Assembly (NCBI GenBank): GCA_030390025.1
Contig: CM059434.1
Location: forward strand, 33,790,001-33,854,000
Origin: Squalus acanthias
Taxonomy: Eukaryota
Reading direction: 5' to 3'
DNA: 64,000 nucleotides
Numbering within the stretch: position 1 is the first letter of the stretch; each line of letters opens with the position of its first letter. The position numbers and the translations under genes are program-made. Below are positions 38,311 to 50,366 of this stretch, piece after piece. The notes beneath the pieces are model-generated. The model saw only the letters and a program-made list of their open reading frames with translations. It had not been told where the DNA came from and ran no database searches.

Positions 38311-40600
38311 TCTTCTTAGGCAGTCCCTCGGAACCGAGGATGACTTGCTTCCACATTAAAAATGAGTTCTCAGGTGACTGATGGGTCCAATGCGGGACCT
38401 ACAGTCTCTGTCACAGGTGGGGCAGACGGTGGTTGAAGGGGCGGGTTGGTGGGGTGCTTGGGTCGACGTGCGCTGCTTGCGCTTGGCTTCTGCTTGCTCC
38501 CGGCGAAGAGACTCGAGGTGTTCGGCGCCTTCCCGGATACTTCTCCTCCACTTTGTGCGGTCTTGGGCCAGGGATTCCCAGGTGTCGGTGGGGATGTTGC
38601 ACTTTTTCAAGGAGGCTTTGAGGGTGTCCTTGAAGCATTTCCTCTGCCCACCTGGGGCTCTCTTGCCGTATCGGAGCTCCGAGTAGAGCGCTTGTTTTGG
38701 GAGTCTCGTATTGGGCATTCGGACGATGTGACCCTTCCATCGGAGTGGATCAAGCGTGGTCAAAGCTTCGATGATGTGGAGATGCCGGTGTTGGACTGGG
38801 GTGGACAAATGTGAGAAGTCGCACAACACCAGGTTATAGTCCAACAGCTTTATTTGAAATCACAAGCTTTTGGAGCGCTGCTCCTTCATCAGGTGAAGTG
38901 AAGAGATGCATATAGGCACAGCATATATAGTCAGAGAACACTGCCAGATGATTACAGTTAATCTTTCCAACTGCCCTTTATCACACCTCAGCAGAGAGAT
39001 AATCACGGCAATCAAAGGTGTGGATGGTGTCCAAACAGGTCAGTCAGGAAAACATTACATCAAAGACAATGTGGCAGATGCTGGGGTCTGCATGGAAAAC
39101 AAAAAACTTTTTTTGCTGGAAATCACAGCAGGTCCGGCCGCATCTGTGTAGAGAGAACAAGCCAACGACGACTCGAGTCTGGATGACTCTACGTCAGGTG
39201 GGGTTACATGTAGCGTGACATGAACCCAAGATCCTGGTTGAGGCCGTCCTCATGGGTGCGGAACTTGGCTATCAGTTTCTGCTCGACGATTTTGCGTTGT
39301 CGTGTGTCTCGAAGGCCGCCTTGGAGAACGCTTACCCGAAGATCGGAGGCTGAATGCCCTTGACTGCTGAAGTGTTCCCCGACTGGGAGGGAACACTCCT
39401 GCCTGGCGATTATTGCGCGGTGTCCGTTCATACGTTGTCGCAGTGTCTGCATGGTCTCACCGATGTACCATGCTCTGGGGCATCCTTTCCTGCAACGTAT
39501 GAGGTAGACAACGTTGGCCGAGTCACATGAGTATGTACCATGTACCTGGTGGGTGGTGTCCTCACATCTGATGATGGTATCTGTGTTGATGATCTGGCAT
39601 GTCTTGCAGAGGTTGCCGTGGCAGGGTTGTGTGGTGTCGTGGTCGCTGTTCTCCTGAAAGCTGGGTAATTTGTTGCGAATGATGGTCTGTTTGAGGTTAG
39701 GCGGCTGTTTGAAGGCGAGTAGTGGGAGGCGTGGGGATGGCCTTAGCGAGGTGTGCGCAACAATCGCCAGGCAGGAGTGTTCCCTCCCAGTTGGGGAACA
39801 CTTCAGCAGTCAAGGACATTCAGCCTCCAATCTTCGGGTAAGCGTTCTCCAAGGCTGCCTTCAAGACACATGACAACGTAAAATCGTCGAGCAGAAACTG
39901 ATAGCCAAGTTTCGCACCCATGAGGACGGCCTCAACCGGGATCTTGGGTTCATGTCACGCTACATGTAACCCCACCTGACGTAGAGTCATCCAGACTCGA
40001 GTTGTCGTTGGCTTGTTCTCTCCACACAGATGCGGCCGGACCTGCTGTGATTTCCAGCAAAAAATGTTTTTTGTTTTCCCATACAGACACCAACATCTGC
40101 CACATTGTCTTTGATGTAATGTTTTCCTGACTGACCTGTTTGGACACCATCCACACCTTTGATTGCCGTGATTATCTCTCTGCCGAGGTGTGATAAAGGG
40201 CAGTTGGAAAGATTAACTGTAAACATCTGGCAGTGTTCTCTGACTATATATGCTGTGCCTATATGCATCTCTTCACTTCACCCGACGAAGGAGCAGCGCT
40301 CCGAAAGCTTGTGATTTCAAATAAAACTGTTGGACTATAACCTGGTGTTGTGCGACTTCTCACAAAGCTTCGATGCTGGGGATATTGGCCTGAGCGAGAA
40401 CACTGACGTTGGTGCGCCTATCCTGCCAATGGATTTGCAGGATCTTGCGGAGACAGCGTTGGTGGTACCTCTCCAGTGCTTTGAGGTGCCTGCTGTACAT
40501 GGTCCATGTCTCTGAGGCATACAGGAGGGCCAGATCATCAACTTACAGACATTCAAATTGGAAGCATGGTTAACCTTGGAAAGGTCTGTGTCTTGGAAAG
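38311..40600 (-). mobile_element. RTE/BovB-like LINE 3' fragment interrupted by a Penelope element
   Basis: Peptide LRW.GHIVRMPNTRLPKQALYSEL..GKR.PGGQRK.FKDTLKASLK..CP.CDR.C.SRIG..SH; it continues after 40363. Confidence 0.85.
38774..40362. mobile_element. Penelope-like retroelement 3' part in inverted (tail-out) configuration
   Basis: GIY-YIG-type endonuclease C terminus (QTLRQRMNGHR..PVGEHF..H...LRVSVLQGG..EQKLIAKF.T..GLN.DLGF) on both strands. Inverted arms of about 600 bp. 13-bp TSD CAAAGCTTCGATG (38761-38773, 40363-40375). Confidence 0.9.
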
Positions 40601-41285
40601 GACTTCAGGAGGACAAAGGCAGGTTCGTAAACTGAATGGATTGATGGCAGATGAAATTTAATGCAGAGATATGTAGGGTGATACATGTTGGTAGGAAGAA
40701 TAAAGAGAGGATATATACATTAAATGGTAAAAAGGAAGTAAATAAATATTTGAAAAATAAAAAAAAACAGGGAACGAGCAAGGGACTGAGAGGCGGTGGA
40801 TAGCTTTCAGAAAACCAGTACAGGCAAAATCTGCCAAAAGACCTCCTTCTGTACAGTAAAATTATGATTCTACGATGATTCCTGGCTGATAGTGACCACT
40901 TGGAGCTCACTAGAACCCACGGGATTTTTTGCAAAAATGTGAATAATAGGGGAATCTCGGCTGCATCATACCCTTTAACCGTCCACTCTCCTGAAGGCTC
41001 CTTATTAGGGTATGGTTCTATGCGCATCAGGTGCCCTCTAGTACTTTTTCCAGGTGCCACTCTGTATGGGGGGGTGGGCTATTGAAGTGAGGAGAGCATC
41101 CCAGGCCAGCCTGATGCTGTTGACGACCACAGGTGGCTATATTCCGGTAGGAGTTATTGCAGGCGAGGAGTTTAAGAAGACATGGACCGCACTAAGTTAC
41201 AGCTTGTTGTTAAGGGGCCAGTTGCTAGAATTTTAAATAGTTGTAGCGAAGTTCCGCGCTGCCACTTTGATCAGGTTGTACTTAC

Positions 41286-41340
41286 TGGACTGACACTGTC
41301 CTCAGCCTCCTCCTCCTCCTGGCCCCTAGCAACGCCGAGC
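41286..41340 (-). other. IFTAP: Probable non-coding first exon of IFTAP/NWC (5' end approximate)
   Basis: A GC-rich segment just downstream (minus strand) of the ZNF143 motifs, ending in the donor CCA|GTAAGT (41285-41280). It could splice to the acceptor at 5996, giving an intron of about 35 kb. Confidence 0.6.
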
Positions 41341-41425
41341 GTCCGGGGTGGTGCACGCTGGGAGCTGTAGTCCGCCCTTCCGCCACCCAACAGGTTCGGG
41401 AACTACAACTCCCACAAGGCCAAGC
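41321..41425. promoter_or_regulatory. IFTAP/NWC promoter with two divergent ZNF143 (SBS) motifs, a GC box and an RFX X-box-like element
   Basis: ACTACAGCTCCCAGCGTGCAC on minus (41371-41351), ACTACAACTCCCACAAGGC on plus (41402-41420), CCGCCC at 41372-41377 and GGCCCCTAGCAAC at 41321-41333. The island is locally CpG-rich and non-repetitive. Confidence 0.8.
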
Positions 41426-42809
41426 GGCACTTTCCTCCACTGGAATTGCGCCCCCGAGGAATTATGCCCTGTTGGCCTTGGTTCCCCAACCAAATGTAAG
41501 AGGGAGCTTGGGGGGAGCACATGTATCATTTTATATCTCCTATAGCATCACATAGTCTTGAATATGTTGTTACTATCAGCGCTCCCGAATAATTAATCCC
41601 ACAACTATCGCGGCAGATAATGTTTAAAATGTGGTTTTGTCCCGCCGTAACTTCAAATCCGTAGTAAACAAGCCAGCTTTGAATAAGAGGATGAGTACTG
41701 TCATTGGTCCATATTCATACACTCATACATCAGACTCCCCATTCTTACATATTATACACCAATCTATACTCTTACATATTGGCCCAAATCTTTCTGGCAA
41801 AATAATGGCGAGTTCACGGCACACGCCGTTAATTGATGCGCAAATCATAAGGGTCGGTAACCTGAGGACACAGATTTAAGGTGATTGGCAAAAGAACCAG
41901 AGGTGACATGAGAAACATACATTTTATGCAGCGAGTTGTTATGATCTGGAATGCACTGCCTGAAAGGGTGCTGGAAGCAGATTCAATGGTAACTTTCAAA
42001 AGGGAATTGGATAAATATTTGAAGGGAAAAATTTGCAGGGCTACAGGTAAAGAGCAGAGAAGTGGGGCTAATTGGATAGCTCTTTCAAAGAGCTGGCACT
42101 AGCACAATGGGCCGAATAGCCTCCTTCTGTGCTGTATCATTCTATGATTCTGGGAGAAACTTCTTTACCCAAAGAATGTGGAACTTGCTACCACAAAGAG
42201 TTGTTGAGGCAAATAGCATAAATTATTTAAAGGAAAGCAAGATAAGCACGAGGGAGAAAGGAATAGAAGGATATGCTAAAAGGATTAGTTGAAGTAAGGT
42301 GGGAGGAGGCTCTTGTGGAGCATAGATCAATTGGGCCGAATGGCCTGATTCTGTGCTGTAAATTCCATATAATTTAATATATATAAAATCAGCCAGCAAG
42401 TTCAGGCGAAGAGGAGATATCCCATGAGTTGCGAATCGTCATAACTTGCTGGTTGATTTATGCCGTTTTACTCACACAGATGGCAGTGTGTCTTCAACCT
42501 CCCCATTATTTTTAAGATCTTTTTGGATTTACACATTAAACTCAAATTAAGCTCGCCGCAGAAAGTTAGGGCTCGTACTTAAGTACCCTTTTAATGATGT
42601 GATAATTGTTAATGCAATCAACCTCTCTGGAGCTGTATGTAATAAATATTCCTGGAGATTTAAAAAATTTAAAATGTTATTTTTTCTTACTTTTCCTTTC
42701 TGTCTCTTTTTTTCCTCTCTCTCACTCTATCTCTCTCTTAATCCAATCTTTCTTTCCCTCTCTATTTCTCTTTCTGTACCTGATTTGACTCTGATTCACC
42801 CTCTCTTCA

Positions 42810-43247
42810 TCATTGTGGAACCTGACGCTATATCCTCGGATGCTGTCGCCGAGGGGCAGCACATTGATGAGGAAGAGGAGGTGGCCAAGAATAGATGCTT
42901 AGGGGACTTAGAGGCAATGGTGTGGGACTGGAAGAGAAACCATTGCTGGAATTTGGATAGTTAAGAGTGGAACCAAGCGAGGGCAGTCCCACTCAGTTGG
43001 GCAATGAAGAAGGGATATTGGAGAAGGATAGTGTAGTCAACCATGTCAGAGGCTGCAGAGAGGTCAAGAAGGGTGAGGAGGGATAGTGTGCCATGGTCAC
43101 AGTCACAGAAGATGTCATTTGTGACTTTGATTGTAGCTGTATCAAGGCAGAAACTTGTAAAAATGAAGTTGTAGGAAAGGTGTGTACGCATTTGAGAGGC
43201 GACAACACATTCAAGGACTTTGGAGAGGAAAGGGAGATTGGAGATAG
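42810..43247 (-). mobile_element. L2 LINE fragment
   Basis: Peptide ISNLPFLSKVLE..LLDLSAASD in ORF 42961-43269. Confidence 0.75.
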
Positions 43248-46200
43248 TGTTGAGGCTGCCGCGAAACACGAATTAAAGCTGAATCCATGTGTGGAAAAAG
43301 AGAGACTTTAATGCAACTGCATGGTCCAAAATGGCTGACCGACTGCTCCCAGAATTCTCTGGAAAAATCCTGAGGCCCCGCCCACTCCTGCCTTAAAGGT
43401 AAGGTGCCTTAAAGGGAAGGTGCATCGAATTATTGTCCACGGACAGAAAAGTGCATAATGCCCGTTTAGGTGGCGATCCGCCACACAGCTCCCCCCAGAA
43501 TCCGCTTAGGAGGTGTGGACGAGACGGTGCGGCGGTCTGATGGGCCGGCCGGAGCGGCTCTTGTAGGACGCCGGTGGACGTGGAACGGCCGGGCATGGAG
43601 CAGCCGGGTGAACCGGCTTGAGGGCAGGTCGGCCGCGTGGAGGTGGACGAGCTACAGGGACCTGCTCACCGGGCTCCGAGTGTGCTGGCTTGAGTCGGTC
43701 AACCGACACTTTTTCGGTCCTGTCGCCCACTTGCAGGGTGAAAAATTTGTCCCCAGCCTGCAGCACCTTGTAGGGCCCGTCGTACGGGGGTTGAAGGGGT
43801 CCGCGGTGGGCGTCGTGCCGGACGAAAACGAACCGTACCTGGTGCAGGCTTAGTGGGACATGTGAGGTGGATTCGCCGTGTCGGGCAATGGGCACCGGGG
43901 CGAACAGCAGCGCCGGTGAGGCGAAGTCGTGGCGTTGCTGGTCGGCTCACCAGGGTGTCGTGGCGGTGGGCAGGAACTCGCCGGGTATGCGCAGCGGCTG
44001 ACCGTACACGAGCTCTGCTGCCAATGCGTGAAGGTCTTCTTTAACCGCGGTGCACAGGCCGAGGAGGACCCACGGAAGTCGGTCGGTCCAGGCGCCGTCT
44101 TGGAGGCTGGCTCGAAGAGATGCCTTCAAGGATCTGTGGAACCGCTCACACAGTCGGTTGGCTTGGGGGTGGTACGCTGTGGTGCGGTGAATGGTCACCC
44201 CAAGATTGCGTGCGACAGCAGTCCAGAGTTCAGAGGTAAATTGCGGACCTCTGTCCGACGTCATGTCGGAGGGGACGCCGAACCGTGCGAACCAGGTGCT
44301 GACGAAGGCTCTGGCAATGTCGGCGGTGGTGGTATAGGTCAGTGGAATTGCCTCGGGCCAGCGCGTGGTGCGGTCAACGATCATCAGCAAGTGCGTGTGG
44401 CCTTGCGACGGCGGCAGGGGCCCGATGATGTCCACGTGGATGTGGTCGAATCTCCACGAGGGGACGGTAAACTCCTCGAGGGGTGCTTTCGTGTGTTGCT
44501 GTACGTTGGCCCATTGGCAGGCTAGGCAGGAGTTGGCCCAAGTACGCATATCCTTGCGAAGGCCGCGCCAGACGAAGCGGTTGGCTACTAATTTGATGGA
44601 TGCGCGGGCGCCGGGGTGGGAGAGGTTGTGGAGAATGTCGAATACCCAGTGGCGCCAGGACGCTGGGACGACGGGCCGAAGTTGACATAGGGATGGATAT
44701 GTCGCACTTGACCGTGACTGCGGTCGGGCCACAGGCAACGTCGGCCAGGTGTAGACCTGGTAGGTTGGTGGGTGCGGAGAGCAGATCAGGGTCGGTGATC
44801 TGGTCTGCTGCGAGTTGAGCGTAGTCGACTGCTAGGTGTGCGGCGTGGATGGCGGGGCGGGAGAGGCAGTCAGCTACCACATTGTCTCGGCCGGAGACGT
44901 GTTGGATGTCCATGGTGAACTCGGACACTGCCGCGAGCTGGCGCTGCTGCCTGGCAGACCAGGGGTCGGTTGTCTTTGCCATTGCGAATGTCAGGGGCTT
45001 GTGGTCGACAAACGCAGTGAAGGGGTGGCCCTCAAGCAAAAACCGGAAATGGCGGACCGCCAGGAACAGCGCGAGGAGCTCGCGGTCGAAGGTGCTGTAC
45101 TTGACCTCCGGGGGGCGTAGTTGGCGGCTGAAGAAGGCAAGTGGTTGCCAGGCGCCATCGACCCACTGCTCATACACGGCGCCGACCGCGTGGTCGGAGG
45201 CGTCCGTGGTGAGCGCTACCCTGGCATTGGGCCATGGGTGCGCGAGCAGGGTGGCGTTGGCGAGCGCGGTCTTGGTGGAGTTGAAGGCGGCGGACGCGTC
45301 TGCCGTCCATTCGACCACCATCTTGCCGCTCCTGCCCCGGAGGGCTTCATACAGGGGCTGCATGAGGGACGCCGCTTTGGGGATGAAGCGGTTATAGAAA
45401 TTCACCATCCCGAGGAACTCCTGGAAGCCTTTGATGGTGGTGGGGCGGGGAAATTGTTGGGCGGCCTGCACCTTGGTGGGCAGGGGAATGGCCCCAGCAT
45501 GGGTGATGTGGTGGCTGAGGAAGTCGATCTTGTCCAGGCCGAACTGGCATTTGGCTGGGCTGAGGATGAGCCCGTGGTCGCTGAGGCGCCCGAACAGGAT
45601 GCGAAGGTGTTCGAGGTGTTCCTGCTTGGAGGAACTGGCTACCAGGATGTCGTCCAGGTAGACGAACAGGAACTTCAGGTCTCGAAGGAATGCCTGGGCC
45701 GCGTTTTTGAGGCCGAAGGGCATCCGCAGGAACTCGAACAGGCCGAAGGGGGCGATTACGGCCGTCTTGGGGACGTCCGCGGGGTGGACGGGGACTTGGT
45801 GGTAGCCGCGCACCAGGTCGACCTTGGAAAAGACTGAGCGGCCGGCCAGTCTAGCCGAGAAGTCCTGAATGTGCGGCACGGGGTACCGATCAGGGGTGGT
45901 GGCGTCGTTGAGGGGGCGGTAATCCCCGCAGGGGCGCCAACCCCCGCCTGGTTTGGGGGCGATGTGGAGTGGGGAGGCCCAGGGGCTGTTGGAGCGGCGG
46001 ATGATGCCGAGCTGTTCCATGGTGGCAAACTCGGTCCGCGCGATCTCCAGTTTGGTCGGGTCCAGCCTGCGGGCGTGGGCGTACACTGGGGGGCCTGTGG
46101 TGGGGATGAAGTGTTCCACCCCGTGTTTGGCAGCCTCCGCGGAGGAGGTTGGATTGGTAAGGGCCGGGAATTCGGCCAGGAGTGCCGAGTAGTCATCCGT

Positions 46201-47581
46201 GGCCCAGGCGTGGCACTGTGACGCCATGTCGGCGGGTTGACGGGGGGCCATGGCGCCCAGGATGGTGGACATGGTGTTCATGTCCACGAGGCGGTGACGA
46301 GGGATGTCTACCAGTAGGCCGTGGGCGCACAGGAAATCTGCACTGATGAGAGGGGAGAGCACCTTGGCAGTGATGAACTCCCATCGGTAGCGGCGACCAG
46401 CGAGGTCGAGGGTGACTGTCCGAGTGCCATACGTCCGGATTTCCGAGCCGTTAGCAGCAGCCAGCGCCGGTCATCGTTCGCCCTTTTGGATGTCGAGGGA
46501 GGAGGCCGGGATGATGCTGTGCTGAGCCCCAGTGTCGCACAGGAACCGGCGGCCGGTTTTGTCATCCGTGACGAACAGCAGGGAGCCCGCGCGGCCCACG
46601 GCCATCGCTGGGGCTGGTACGGGGGCGGACTTGAAAGAGCAGGGAGGTGTGCACCGTTCTGCCCTGGCGCCGAACCGTGCGTGGTAGTAACAGTGGCCCG
46701 GGTTAGTGGGGCGCGAAGGCCCCGTGGGCCTGGTGGCTGGTCCTTGTGGCTGCGTGGTGGCCGGTGAGGGGCGCGCCCAGGCATTGGCTGCCAGGTCCGG
46801 AGTGACGTCGCGGCTGGAGTGAGCGGACAGCAGCTTGTCGGCCTCATCGGCCAGGGCTTCCAGGTTCGTGAGGCCGGATGCCACGATCGCTGGGCGGATG
46901 CTGAGAGGGAGCTGGCGGTTGAACAGCGTGCGGAAGAGGGATCCGGGTGGGCTCTCGTCGGTGACGGAGAGCATGTGGGAGAGGAGGTCTGACGGTGAGG
47001 CATCACCGAGGCCTGGAAGGTCGAGGAGGTGGCAGTTTCGCTGATATGCCGAGGCCGTAAATTTTTTAAGGAGCGCTGTCTTGAGATGTGCGTACTTGCC
47101 TTCCTCTGGTGGGTTCTGCAGCGTTGTCCAAACCTTCGAAACTGTGGCGCTACCGAGTGATGTGACGAGATAGTCGTACTTCGTCCCATCTGTGGTGATG
47201 CTTCGCAGCCGGAAGCGCGATTCAGCTTGGAGAAACCAGGCTTCGGGCTGGTTTTCCCAAAACTCCGGCAGTTTCACGGAAACTGCGTTCGTGTCTGCCA
47301 TTGCAGTGCTCGGAATACATTCTGAGCGTCGGGGTCACCAATGTTGAGGCTGCCGCGAAACACGAATTAAAGCTGAATCCATGTGTGGAAAAAGAGAGAC
47401 TTTAATGCAACTGCATGGTCCAAAATGGCTGACCGACTGCCCCCAGAATTCTCTGGAAAAATCCTGAGGCCCCGCCCACTTCTGCCTTAAAGGTAAGGTG
47501 CCTTAAAGGGAAGGTGCATCGAATTATTGTCCACGGACGGAAAAGTGGAAAATGCCCGTTTAGGTGGCGATCTGCCACACA
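43248..47581 (-). mobile_element. Near-complete Gypsy/Ty3 LTR retrotransposon
   Basis: 240-bp LTRs at 43248-43487 and 47342-47581 (TG...CA, about 6 differences by eye). PBS TGGTGACCCCGACG (47340-47327) is complementary to the tRNA-Trp 3' end. A purine-rich PPT (GGGGGGAG) lies just inside the left LTR at about 43488-43497. Confidence 0.95.
43506..47301 (-). pseudogene. Gypsy gag-pol polyprotein broken by frameshifts
   Basis: Gag (VSVKLPEFWENQPEAWF; CYYHARFG..A.RC..PC), protease (FLCDTGAQHS), RT (WASPLH, RMPFGLKNA, YLDDIL), RNase H (TTDAS, YSTFDRELLA) and integrase (HVDIIGP, SDRGPQF, ERFHRSLK, PYDGPY) in the order PR-RT-RH-IN. Confidence 0.93.
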
Positions 47582-47630
47582 AGTACAATAGTTACAGCAT
47601 ATGTTAAAGCAAAATCAATCTCAATTTACA

Positions 47631-50276
47631 GGGCTCGATTTTTATAGAGGAGGCAGGTTGAGGGCGGGCCCGCTGCTCGGCATTTTTCGGACCCGCTCCC
47701 AGATGCCGCCGGCCCGCAGTTACGATTTTTACTTAATCGATACGGCCGACGTGTGGGTCCCTCAGGCAATTGCTTGGAGCATGTCAGTTTCTCGCATCTG
47801 ATGAAGCGTTTCTGGAGTAAAAAAAGGGGCCATGTCCCCTTTGCAAGAAATGTAAGTGGAATGGCTTGGTGCTGTATTATATAGAAAGGGGAGTTGACAG
47901 TGGCTGGTCTGAACACAAATAATGGATTGAAATTGTTGGTCATATTATTCCAGAAAGACATTTATGATTTTTTTATCTGTCAATGTAGTACGTGACTAAG
48001 AAATGAAAAAGATGCCAGATGTGTTCCAATCAGTGGCTTAGTAAAATTAATACTTTTTTCTCTTAAAGGTGCTGGCTGCTGCAGGAATGGCAGCCCCAAA
48101 CACTGTGGCTGCAGCCAGGTTCAATGAGGGCTCCCTCCATGCTCTTGTGGAGGGAGTTAGAGGACGTCAGGAGGTCCTCTTCCCTGGAAACGGAAGGAGG
48201 AGGCCTCCTCAGCAAACCAAGGCAGCTTGGCTGCAAATTGCTGAGGAGGTGAGTTTGAGGTCTGTGTGCAGACGCACATGGGTTGAGTGTGGAAAAAGGT
48301 TTAATGATCTGCTGAGATCCCCTAAAGTGTGGCCTCTGTGTTCTGGGAAATGGAAGTTCAAGAGTGAGGGCTCAGGGCGAATGCCATGTAGAATGTTTGT
48401 GGTGACACTGAGCGCTTTAGTAGACAGATGATGCCTGGGGTTTTGAGAATGTCGAACTTATATTCATCTCCATGTGCCAGCCACCTGTAGTTGAAGTGTA
48501 AGCTTACGCGAATCTGTCATGGATGAGCGCATCCCTTGCCTGACTGCCAGCAATGTGTTCGCCTGCTGCTGGATTGGCCACATCTGGCCTCGCAAAGCGT
48601 CACTCCCCATCCTCCTCCTCATCCTCTTCCTCATCCTCTTCCTCGTCCTCTTCCTCTTCCTCTGAGGAGGCTGTGCGCTGAGCCACTTGTTCCTCGGGCA
48701 GCACTAAGCCGCGCTGCTGTGCGATGTTGTGCAGGGCACTGCAGACCACGATGATTCTGGACACCCTGGCTGGTGCATACTGCAAGGCTCCTGCAGATCT
48801 GGCTAGGCATCGGATGCGCATTTTGAGCAAGCCGATGGTTTGTTCGATGATGCTTTTGGTGGATATGTGGCTCAAATTTACCGCTCCTCAGCATCGTTTG
48901 ATGGCCTCCTCATCGGTGTCATAAGCCATTTTTTCAGGGGATAGCCCTTGTCGCCAAGAAGCCATCAAACCAGCCAAGAAGCTGGTTTGGCGGATGGAAG
49001 AGCTGAGGCACAGTAGACTGGCGCAGGATGAAGGAGTCATGGCAACTGCCAGGGTACTTTGCACAAACATACAGGATGATCTTCCTATGGTTACACACCA
49101 GCTGGTTGACAAATACAGCTGGGTTGTGATAGGGGGCCCTAATGGCTACATGTGTGCAGTCAATGACGCCCTGCACCATTGGCAAGCCTGCCATATTGGC
49201 AAAGCCAACAGCACGCGCCGTCACACTTGGGCCATCCATGGAGAAGTGGATATAATTGTGGGCCTTTGCAAAGAGGGCGTTGGTGACCTACATGATGCAG
49301 GTGTGTGCGGCCGACTGGGAGATGCTGCTGATGTCTGCTGATGATCCCTGGAAGGAGCCCGAAGCAAAGGAATTGAGTGCGGTGGTGACTTTGACAGCAA
49401 CTGGTAAGGAGTGTCCACATGCTCCTCTGGGCTCCAGGTGTTGGTGCAGCATTGCGCAGATGTCTGCGCCTACATCTCTCGAAAGTCTCAGCCTCCTTTG
49501 GCACTGCTGCTCAGTCATACTGAGGTAGCTGATCCTTTGCCTGTAAACCCTGTGTTGGGGGTATCTCCTGCAGCGAGATGCAGCCCTATGCTGACGCCCT
49601 CCACCCTGTGCATCATCAGGTGGGTGAGGAGGAGGTTGGCGCTCCTGGTGCTGGTGCTGCTGTTGTGGCTGGTTGTGGTGCTGCCGCGGCTGCTCTTCCT
49701 CCGAATCTGACGACCAGGATGAGAGGATATAAATGTTTCCCATCCCGTACCTATAGATTTCACTTGAGGCAAGAAGCTTGCAAGCGCACAGTCAAAGTGG
49801 CCTGAAATTATTCCAATCAGGTCACACTGCAGATGGCTGTCAGCTTGAACAGTCAAGGTCAGTAGATTTGCAAAATTTTATACCAAACCTCCAACAACAA
49901 GGTTGTTGCATTTGAATGTCAGCCATGTTACAGAAGCGCTTTTAAAGTGCTGCACCAATTACTACAAATCATGTCCTCCAGCAACTCGTCTCCTTGCAGC
50001 TGGCCTGTTTCTGACAAGACAGGAAATAGGAGCCAGAGGCATGAAAATGGAAAACCACTATGAAAATAGGATTAGCAAGGCAGTTAACAGGCTGTTAACT
50101 GCCTTAACTACCTGTCCCAGCGGTTCCAGTCAGGTCAGTTTGGGAGCGGCTGAACAGACACGAAAATCGGGTGGGGGCGGGATGGAGGCGGGTTGGGGGT
50201 CTGAAGCCATTTTTTCCGATTTTCGCTGCTGACCCGCCTCCAAACCCGCCTCCTCAGGGCTATTAAAATCGTACTC
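47631..50276. mobile_element. Second PIF/Harbinger transposon (Myb/SANT gene +, transposase -), about 1.1 kb upstream of the RAG2 CDS
   Basis: Imperfect TIRs GGGCTCGATTTT / AAAATCGTACTC with TSD ACA. Myb ORF 48069-48431 (ARFNEGSLHALVEGV..EVLFP..AW.QIAEEV..RTW.ECGKRFNDL). Frameshifted transposase from 49743 to about 48500 ([27 protein letters not shown]). Confidence 0.9.
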
Positions 50277-50366
50277 ACAGGTTTTCTAGGAATGCTACTT
50301 TTAGACTTAAATCACTGTTTATTGCTAAAGGTTGATTTTTTTTTTTCAAATTGCAGTTGACAAATG

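Noticed and set aside
43470-47044. Plus-strand ORFs of 60-240 aa over the Gypsy element
   Set aside because: Antisense shadows of GC-rich gag-pol with no recognisable domains.
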